A stretch of DNA of 32,000 bases from Candidatus Altimarinota bacterium (GTDB lineage Bacteria; Patescibacteriota; Gracilibacteria; UBA1369). This document shows positions 9,226 to 15,747 of the stretch, piece after piece. The stretch spans positions 90,001 to 122,000 of the forward strand of contig JBAZYK010000003.1 of NCBI GenBank assembly GCA_041659405.1, in the 5' to 3' direction. Made by a program: the position numbers and the translations under genes. The notes under the pieces are model-generated. The model was not told the origin of the DNA. It searched no databases and saw only the letters and a list, made by a program, of their open reading frames with translations. Each line of letters starts with the position of its first letter. Positions within the stretch are counted from its first letter, which is position 1.

Positions 9226-10179
9226 TTAATTATAACCCTTAAACTTATCAGAATATCCGCTATCGTGAGCCGTTCCACGGATTTTGCCCAAGTCTTTTAT
9301 TCCATGCGCTTTCCCCCATTTTTTCATTTCTTCCGCAATCAGCTTGAAACAAATAATATCGCGATAATAAACCGCGGTTCCAACGCCCACCAGCGTAGCA
9401 CCGGCCATAATCATTTCCAGCGCATCTTCACCGGTTAAAACCCCGCCGGTACCAATAATCGGAGTTTTTGGGACAGCCTTATGAATATCGTAAACAGCTT
9501 TAATCGCAATCGGTTTGATCGCCGGACCGCTGACACCTCCCACTTTATTCGCCAAAATCGGCTCACGAGTTTCCAGATCAATCAGCATTCCCGGACCAAC
9601 CGTATTGATTGCCGTGATTCCATCCGCGCCCGCATCCACAACCGCTTTCGCGATCTCCGCAATATTCATTACATTTGGAGAAAGTTTGATCGTAATTGGG
9701 ATTTTAGTTCTTCTGCGAACCGCCGCAGTCACCGCCGCAGCATCAACTCTTGAACAAGAAAACGGTTTCCCAAACTCATCTTCCACATTCGGACAAGAAA
9801 TATTCACTTCAATAATATCTGGATGCAAAGCGTCAACCAGTGCAGCCACTTCCGCAAAATCCTCAATTCGGGATTCAACGATATTGGCAATGAGCGGAGC
9901 CGGTTTATTTTTCATATACTCACCAATTTCAATATAAGCTTTTTCGATTCCCGCATCCGGCAAACCGACCGCGTTCAACATAAAATGATCATTCGCGATA
10001 ATAACCGGATTTGGATGCCCCAAATGTCCCTGTCGCCAAATGGACTTGGTTGTAACACCACCCGCGCCGCCCGTCTTCACCACGTTTCTAAGACTCGCGC
10101 CGGTCACACCCAAAACACCCGACGCCAAAACCAACGGATTCTTGAATTTCACGCCGCAAAAAATTGTTTCCAGATTCAT
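9226..10179 (-). CDS. pyrD: dihydroorotate dehydrogenase catalytic subunit, class 1B
   Basis: 317 aa with no N-terminal extension. Has FKNPLVLASG, NISCPN (catalytic Cys), GGVSGPAIKPIA and IIGTGGV. Immediately upstream of pyrK. Confidence 0.9.
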   Translation of the reverse strand: MNLETIFCGVKFKNPLVLASGVLGVTGASLRNVVKTGGAGGVTTKSIWRQGHLGHPNPVIIANDHFMLNAVGLPDAGIEKAYIEIGEYMKNKPAPLIANIVESRIEDFAEVAALVDALHPDIIEVNISCPNVEDEFGKPFSCSRVDAAAVTAAVRRRTKIPITIKLSPNVMNIAEIAKAVVDAGADGITAINTVGPGMLIDLETREPILANKVGGVSGPAIKPIAIKAVYDIHKAVPKTPIIGTGGVLTGEDALEMIMAGATLVGVGTAVYYRDIICFKLIAEEMKKWGKAHGIKDLGKIRGTAHDSGYSDKFKGYN

Positions 10180-10241
10180 GGATGAGGATTAGATCCACTT
10201 TATTTAAACACTTTTAGCAGATCAACTCAATGCGAGATTTT

Positions 10242-10273
10242 TTTTAAACCTATCGAATTCGGTAGGTTTAAAA
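10242..10273. repeat. 32-bp GAATTC-centred palindrome (family member 1), 6 nt downstream of the KilA-N stop
   Basis: TTTTAAACCTATCGAATTCGGTAGGTTTAAAA has one T:G non-complementary pair and is otherwise perfectly self-complementary. Confidence 0.85.
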
Positions 10274-10279
10274 GTTCCT

Positions 10280-11101
10280 TCACTTCAACAACTTAGCCTC
10301 TGTTGACGGCCTCACGATCGATTCCATTTGGTATATCGCAATTTCATTTAATCTGATGAGCCTTTGCGATTGAGACAGTTTTTGCATAATAAATTCGGCA
10401 TTCAAACTTTCCAGATTGGAAAGAACCACAAGTTGTTCCGCACTGGCATAATCGCGAATATTCCCCTCCTGTTTTGGATTTTGCTCACGCCATTCTTTGG
10501 CTGTAGTATTAAACAAAGCCTTATTTAGAACATCAGCTTCATTCGCATAAATATTTTTAATTTCATTTGGATTAATTTTTTGGGGAATTAAGTTTTCTTT
10601 TATTGAATCTGTATGAATTTTATAATTTATTTTGGCAAGATTTCTTTTGAGATCCCAATCAAGGCCATTTAGCTTATTTTCTTGATCCTTGAGCCGCTGA
10701 AACTCTTTGATGAGATATAATTTAAATTCAGGACTTAACCAGGAACCAAACTCAAAAGCGATATCTTTATGCGCAAAAGTGCCACCTCCATAACGACCGG
10801 ATTTGGAAAAAATACCGATAGCATTGGTTTGTGATATCCATTTTCGAGGTGTTAAAGAAAAACTATTTAAACCAGACTGCATTTTAAAGGTATCGAATTC
10901 GATACCTTTAAAATTTGGATTATGTAACTGTTCCCAAATCCCCAAGAACTCTACTGCATTACGCCCGCGCATCCACTGATAAATCAAAATATCGTCACCA
11001 AAAGGTTTAACCATATCAGTCAGCGAAATAAAATCCTGCTCGTTTCTTTGAATTAAATTTATTTCCGTACCTTTCACATTAAGTTTGAATTGCTTGGCCA
11101 T
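10280..11101 (-). CDS. KilA-N domain DNA-binding protein
   Basis: The N-terminal half (ISLTDM...WMRGRNAVEFLGIWEQLHNPNF...GRYGGGTFAHKDIAFEFGSWLSPEFKLYLIKEFQRLK) matches the conserved KilA-N family pattern known from phage and mobile elements. Confidence 0.8.
   Translation of the reverse strand: MAKQFKLNVKGTEINLIQRNEQDFISLTDMVKPFGDDILIYQWMRGRNAVEFLGIWEQLHNPNFKGIEFDTFKMQSGLNSFSLTPRKWISQTNAIGIFSKSGRYGGGTFAHKDIAFEFGSWLSPEFKLYLIKEFQRLKDQENKLNGLDWDLKRNLAKINYKIHTDSIKENLIPQKINPNEIKNIYANEADVLNKALFNTTAKEWREQNPKQEGNIRDYASAEQLVVLSNLESLNAEFIMQKLSQSQRLIRLNEIAIYQMESIVRPSTEAKLLK
10881..10914. repeat. 34-bp perfect palindrome (family member 2) inside the KilA-N coding sequence
   Basis: ATTTTAAAGGTATCGAATTCGATACCTTTAAAAT equals its own reverse complement, checked base by base. 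It encodes FKGIEFDTFKM. Confidence 0.95.
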
Positions 11102-11197
11102 ACAAATTGATTAACTTATATGAGCCAGCATAGAAGAAAAAGATTAAGGATTTCTAAACAGATTCTGAAATAAAGATTAAATTTGGAATTGGTCGAA

Positions 11198-11233
11198 GCG
11201 GCCCGGAAATCTTATAAGGAAGTCCGGAGCCGC
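11198..11233 (-). other. 11-bp-stem hairpin between the GC-island ORF and the KilA-N gene
   Basis: 11198-11208 pairs with 11223-11233. The single non-Watson-Crick pair is U:G on the minus-strand RNA but C:A on the plus strand. Confidence 0.5.
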
Positions 11234-11369
11234 AACGCCTTGTTCAGGCGATTGCACCGCCCTTAGCCAAAGCCAAGGAGATGAAATCAAATAATATGAA
11301 AATGAGAGATTTGTGCCACTACCCAGGCACGCGGGTTAGGAGGTTAACTGCAAATTGTTAGGGGCGCAG

Positions 11370-11411
11370 CCCCGGAGCGACGAATGGAACAAGTCCACCG
11401 TCGCCCCGGGG
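11370..11411 (-). terminator. 13-bp GC-rich hairpin 13 nt downstream of the island ORF stop (no U tract)
   Basis: 11370-11382 pairs with 11399-11411. The one odd pair is G:U on the minus strand and A:C on the plus strand. A second small hairpin, GGGGC-UGC-GCCCC, sits at 11361-11373. Confidence 0.35.
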
Positions 11412-11424
11412 AGCGCGAAGGCCG

Positions 11425-11871
11425 TCAGGCCGCGACGAACATCTGCGCGACGGGATTGCCGTTGTTGTAGCCGAGGAGCGCCGGAAAATCCGCCGCTCCA
11501 ACCAACACGACCTTCCCGTTACCCTTCGCCACCATGCGCTCGATGTTACCACCCCGCGCCCGGGAGACGATGTGCACGCTGCCGGTCGCCTCCACGCCGA
11601 ACTGGTACGACCCCGTCTGTCCGGAGGTCACCAAGGCGTCCAAGAGAAGCCCCGCCTGCTCGTCGTTGAGAAGGCGATTCGAGACGACGGAGACCTTGTC
11701 GGAAGTGACGATGACGCGATCGAAGTCGACGCCGCCGGAAGGCCACCATTCACCGAACGTCTGGCCGACCCTGAGCGTCGAGACGTCGTCTCCAGCGAGC
11801 CTCAGGAACAAGACCTCCTCCATCTCGTTCAGATTGGTAGCCACGAGCGCACAAAATTCCTGGAACGTCAT
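11425..11871 (-). CDS. small hypothetical protein (148 aa, MTFQEFCALVATNLNEMEEV...) encoded in the GC-rich island
   Basis: It is the only frame in the island with a normal amino-acid composition. 23 of the first 30 codons end in G/C. GGAG (11881..11878) lies 6 nt upstream of ATG 11871. The other five frames give Arg/Pro/Cys-rich strings. Confidence 0.6.
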   Translation of the reverse strand: MTFQEFCALVATNLNEMEEVLFLRLAGDDVSTLRVGQTFGEWWPSGGVDFDRVIVTSDKVSVVSNRLLNDEQAGLLLDALVTSGQTGSYQFGVEATGSVHIVSRARGGNIERMVAKGNGKVVLVGAADFPALLGYNNGNPVAQMFVAA

Positions 11872-12242
11872 GAAAAACTCCACCACCCGCGCACCGAAGT
11901 GCCGGGCAAAATGAGCATACCCTCAATCGCGCCAGGCGCAAACCGAGGGCTAAAAACAAACACCTATTCAATGAGTCACGATCGCCTTGGGTAAAACCCG
12001 CAGCAACCGGCAACTCCCAAAGGTTCTTTCACCTCCTTTCGAAGGTTAAAATACTAAACCTGTGAGAGCAGCGAATCACAAAAGCAACGACGACCCTTAC
12101 CGCCCTTGCTTTGGCCATTCACTGCGCCCACCAGCCAGTACACAGAACCAAAAATCTCTCAATTTTCAAAGAACAAAGCAATCTGTAGGCTTACGGCCAT
12201 GCACTCTTTTCAAAAGAAAGCAGGGGCACAAAAAACGCACAG
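11872..12242 (-). promoter_or_regulatory. long (~370 nt) structured 5' leader of the island ORF
   Basis: Has a cUUCGg-capped hairpin (11886-11906), a nested hairpin (11920-11949), and a mutually exclusive pairing choice around an AAAGGAGGUGA motif (12019-12045). No ORF is credible here. Confidence 0.4.
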
Positions 12243-12248
12243 AAGTGT

Positions 12249-12277
12249 ACAGTATCATGCAAGTACGCAAATGTCAA
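12249..12277 (-). promoter_or_regulatory. sigma70-type promoter with consensus -35 and extended -10
   Basis: On the minus strand: TTGACA (12277..12272), 17 nt, then TGaTACTGT (-10 hexamer 12254..12249). Promoters upstream of carA and the 957-aa gene have the same architecture. Confidence 0.5.
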
Positions 12278-12485
12278 CACGGCCAAGCTGCCACCACCAA
12301 AATTAAGCTAATGTTAGCCACAAACCAACACTAAAAGCCCTCATAACCACCTCCCCACAAGTTTTGAACATACTTTGAAACATCCTGTCGGAAAACATTA
12401 CGACAATGTTCATTTTACACAAAACAAAGCCAACCCAGAGGAAACTTAGCAGCAAGTTCTAATTCGTACATAAAAAAAACAAATT

Positions 12486-13922
12486 TTATCCAACAAATTC
12501 CACCTCTTTGCCCGGCCATTTTCCAAATTTATCGCGCCATTCGTACATCAATTCACCGCCGACAAAAGTCATCACCGGAAATCCCTGCAAAACCCAGCCA
12601 TGGAAAGGCGACCAATCAACTTTTGTCCATAAATAATTATGGCAAATGCGCTCTTTTAAAGCCATATCCACAACCGCAAAATCGGCATCATAACCGGCTT
12701 CAATTGCGCCCTTCCCCTTAATTCCAAACAAACGCGCCGGATTAGCCGAACAAAGTTCCACAACTTTTTCCAAACTTAAAACGCCTTCATTCACCGCATT
12801 CAATAATAGCGGCAACATGGTTTGCACGCCCGGAATTCCACTTGGCGCCTGTTCATACGGCAACTTTTTTTCATCCAAAGTATGAGGCGCGTGATCCGTA
12901 GCGATCATATCCACTGTACCGTCTTTTACCGCTTCCCAAAGCGCAACCTGGTCCTGCACGCCGCGCAGTGGCGGATTAACTTTCACCAGATTTCCATATT
13001 TTTCATAATCCTGATCAGACAAAAACAAATGATGCGGAGTAACTTCCACACTCACATTTTGCGCAAGCGCACGCGCCCCACCATCCTTAAACTTGCGGAT
13101 ACTATCAAGTTCCAAAGCCGAAGAAACATGACAAATATGAACTCGAGTATCATATTTTTTAGCCAAATGTAAAACCTCTTTCACGGCATCATGAGCGCAC
13201 TCCGCTGCGCGAATTTTGGAATGTACCGCTGCATCGGCATGCGCAAGCACACCTGCCCCCACCCCACCATGTTCAACCAAATATTTTTGAGTATGTTCCT
13301 GAATGCAACTTTGCAGCTCGGCATGAATGGCCAAAAGATGGGAATTTTCAGACTCACCCGCTGACCCATGAGTTCCCGAATTTTCTTCCATGAATTTTTC
13401 CAGATCCGCCTTTTGATCAAGCAGCAAATTCCCGGTTGAACTCCCCATAAAAATTTTCACACCGGCAATATTTTTCAGTTTTTTGATTTCCTCGAGATTC
13501 GTTTTGCCATCTTTAGACCTAGTCGCACCCACATAAAAACCATAATTGACCAAAGCCTGCTTGGCCACCAATTTGCGCTTTTCCGCCAAAGTTTTTTCAT
13601 CCACAGTTGGCGGATTGGTATTTGGCATATCCAAAACAGTAGTCACACCACCAGCCAGCGCCGCCTTTGAACCGGTAATCCAATCCTCTTTTTCAGGATT
13701 GCCCGGAGTCCTAAAATGCACATGTACATCGATCAATCCCGGCAAAAGAAACTTTCCATCAAGATCAATCGTTTCAATCTTCTGATTTTCTAAAACCGAC
13801 TGAAACTTAGCCGACTTCCCGCGTTTAACTTCTTTAATTTTGCCATTCGAAACCAAAACCGACCCATCAAAAATTTCTTTTGGAGTAACGATTTGCGCGT
13901 TGATAAGGGCAAAAGTCTTCAT
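12486..13922 (-). CDS. pyrC: dihydroorotase
   Basis: 478 aa. Has DVHVHFRTPG (HxH metal site), VCHVSS-like ICHVSS, EVTPHHL and ATDHAPH. Confidence 0.9.
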   Translation of the reverse strand: MKTFALINAQIVTPKEIFDGSVLVSNGKIKEVKRGKSAKFQSVLENQKIETIDLDGKFLLPGLIDVHVHFRTPGNPEKEDWITGSKAALAGGVTTVLDMPNTNPPTVDEKTLAEKRKLVAKQALVNYGFYVGATRSKDGKTNLEEIKKLKNIAGVKIFMGSSTGNLLLDQKADLEKFMEENSGTHGSAGESENSHLLAIHAELQSCIQEHTQKYLVEHGGVGAGVLAHADAAVHSKIRAAECAHDAVKEVLHLAKKYDTRVHICHVSSALELDSIRKFKDGGARALAQNVSVEVTPHHLFLSDQDYEKYGNLVKVNPPLRGVQDQVALWEAVKDGTVDMIATDHAPHTLDEKKLPYEQAPSGIPGVQTMLPLLLNAVNEGVLSLEKVVELCSANPARLFGIKGKGAIEAGYDADFAVVDMALKERICHNYLWTKVDWSPFHGWVLQGFPVMTFVGGELMYEWRDKFGKWPGKEVEFVG

Positions 13923-13946
13923 ACAAATATTCGCAAACAGACAAAA

Positions 13947-14384
13947 CTATTTCTTTGCTGGAGTTCCCGTCTGAGTTTTTGGAGTAGTCGCTTGAGTTGA
14001 TTGAGTAGCCTGAGTTGTCGCCTGGGTGCTAACCGGTTGCAATTGAGTCTCATTCTGCAATTGTTGAAACCTGCGCATCATTGAAGGATATGAATTTTTC
14101 AATTGTTCATCACTCAAATTATAAGCATTTCCACCACGTAGTCCTCTCATCATTCCTCCAAAAGAATTAAGTCCCGAACTCAAAGTGATCAAACTTCCGA
14201 GTAATCCGGCCACCATTAAAATAATAATCCAGGTCAAAAGTTGCTTTGCTTTAAGGTTTTTAACCATCCAGATAATCAATAAAACTATGGCAACACCAAC
14301 CATCGTCATAAAAAACATATGCAAAGCAAAACCTACGACAGAAGTAGCAGAGTCCCCAAAACCGGTATTATATAGATTCATCAT
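13947..14384 (-). CDS. small membrane protein with Thr/Gln-rich C-terminal tail
   Basis: 145 aa. Has two clear hydrophobic segments (HMFFMTMVGVAIVLLIIWMV and LLTWIIILMVAGLLGSLITL) and the tail QATTQATQSTQATTPKTQTGTPAKK. No family recognised. Confidence 0.55.
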   Translation of the reverse strand: MMNLYNTGFGDSATSVVGFALHMFFMTMVGVAIVLLIIWMVKNLKAKQLLTWIIILMVAGLLGSLITLSSGLNSFGGMMRGLRGGNAYNLSDEQLKNSYPSMMRRFQQLQNETQLQPVSTQATTQATQSTQATTPKTQTGTPAKK

Positions 14385-14554
14385 GAATGAAAAAAGTTAG
14401 AAAATATCCAAAACCAATCTTACTCCTAAGGCTAGAATACCAAAAGAAAAAATCAAGATTAACATTTGCAAAATATAGGAATAGAATGCGCAGCGGCTTC
14501 GCAAAGAAACCAAGCCCCAGTGCGCTCCAGGAATAAACCGTAATCCCCACTCCC

Positions 14555-15733
14555 ATGAAAAATCTGCTAATCAAAACCAGAAACGGCTTCATCAAATTCG
14601 GCTATAAAACATTTCTAAAACCGATTTTCTTTAAACTGGACCCCGAAGACGTTCACGATCACATGACCAAAATCGGAAAAGCACTTGGTAGATTTGGAAT
14701 TGGCAGATCCATTACCAAAGCCATGTTTTATTATTCCGATCCTTCGCTTGGCCAATATATTCACGGTATTAATTTTGCAAATCCGGTTGGTTTAGCGGCG
14801 GGATTCGACAAAAACGCCGAACTCACCCGGATTTTGCCGGAAGTTGGATTTGGCTTTGAAGAAGTTGGATCCATCACCGGAGAACATTGCGCCGGCAACC
14901 CAAAACCACGTCTTTGGCGCCTAAAAAAGACTCAGGGTTTAGTGGTTTATTACGGCCTAAAAAACGACGGCTGCGAAAAAATTTCCGCGCGTTTGGCGGA
15001 TCAAATCAAAAAACATCCATTCAAGTTTCCGGTTGGCATCAGTATTGCCAAGACTAACAATGAGCAAACTTGTGAAACCGAAGCCGGAATTAAAGATTAC
15101 GTAAAAGCTTTCAAGCATTTCACTCACATCGGCGACTACATCACAATCAATATCAGCTGCCCAAATGCGTTTGGCGGAGAACCTTTTACCGAACCGCACA
15201 AACTGGAAGCACTTCTTGCCGAAACCGACAAAATCCCATACAACAAACCGATTTTCCTAAAAATTTCGCCTGACCTAAACAAGGAGCAACTCGACCAAAT
15301 TTTACACATTATCAGCAAACACAAAGTAGACGGTCTGCTTTGTGCCAACCTGACCAAAAATCGAGAAAATGCCAAAATCCATAAAGAAGATAAAATGCCG
15401 GCAGTTGGCGGCATAAGCGGCAAAGCCCAGGGAGAACTTTCCAATGAACAAATCCGCTATGTTTATAAAAAGTGGAAAAAGATGATGTCCGATGGCACCA
15501 ATAGCCACAAACGCGACCTTACCATCATCGGCTGCGGGGGAATTTTTACGGCCGAAGACGCTTACAAAAAAATCAAAGCCGGCGCTTCACTTTTGCAAAT
15601 GATCACCGGTATGATTTTTGAGGGACCACAAGCAATCAGCAGTATCAACATGGGCCTGGTTAAACTCCTAAAAAAAGACGGCTACAAAAATATCAGCGAA
15701 GCCGTTGGCAAAGAGCACGACCTCAAAGATTAA
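14555..15733 (+). CDS. pyrD: dihydroorotate dehydrogenase, class-2-like architecture but with Cys at the catalytic-base position
   Basis: 392 aa. Has an N-terminal extension with FFKLDPEDVH, plus NPVGLAAGFDKNAE, GNPKPRLWRL and IIGCGGI, co-linear with E. coli PyrD as I recall it. The active-site loop reads INISCPN (TGC at 15158-15160), not NISSPN. Confidence 0.88.
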   Translation: MKNLLIKTRNGFIKFGYKTFLKPIFFKLDPEDVHDHMTKIGKALGRFGIGRSITKAMFYYSDPSLGQYIHGINFANPVGLAAGFDKNAELTRILPEVGFGFEEVGSITGEHCAGNPKPRLWRLKKTQGLVVYYGLKNDGCEKISARLADQIKKHPFKFPVGISIAKTNNEQTCETEAGIKDYVKAFKHFTHIGDYITINISCPNAFGGEPFTEPHKLEALLAETDKIPYNKPIFLKISPDLNKEQLDQILHIISKHKVDGLLCANLTKNRENAKIHKEDKMPAVGGISGKAQGELSNEQIRYVYKKWKKMMSDGTNSHKRDLTIIGCGGIFTAEDAYKKIKAGASLLQMITGMIFEGPQAISSINMGLVKLLKKDGYKNISEAVGKEHDLKD

Positions 15734-15747
15734 TTAATCAAAAAAAC

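Noticed and set aside
10242-10273. Reading palindrome 1 as a simple Rho-independent terminator of the KilA-N gene.
   Set aside because: On the minus-strand transcript the hairpin is followed by an A-run, not a U-run, and contains an A:C mismatch there. A near-identical element lies inside the CDS, so a family-specific palindrome function fits better.
11355-12013. Five overlapping ORF-track frames in the GC-rich island: 11355..11669 +, 11534..11914 +, 11572..11994 +, 11546..11749 - and 11750..12013 -.
   Set aside because: These are Arg/Pro/Cys/Gly-rich strings typical of stop-poor wrong frames in high-GC DNA. Only the 11425..11871 frame has normal composition, a GC3 bias and an RBS.
12030-12040. 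CACCTCCTTTC resembles the 3' end of 16S rRNA.
   Set aside because: The upstream sequence does not match helix 45 or any other rRNA segment. On the opposite strand it is simply an SD-like AAAGGAGGTG box within the leader.
12062-12334. ORFs 12062..12334 and 12106..12306 on the plus strand.
   Set aside because: They are basic low-complexity translations of an A+C-rich tract, with alternative or absent start context, and they overlap the predicted minus-strand promoter.
14368-14595. 75-aa minus-strand ORF with hydrophobic stretches between the membrane-protein gene and the class-2-like pyrD.
   Set aside because: It overlaps the pyrD start by 40 nt and the downstream gene by 17 nt, and it covers the divergent promoter region. 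It could be a real small membrane protein from an internal ATG (14556), but the support is too weak to call it.
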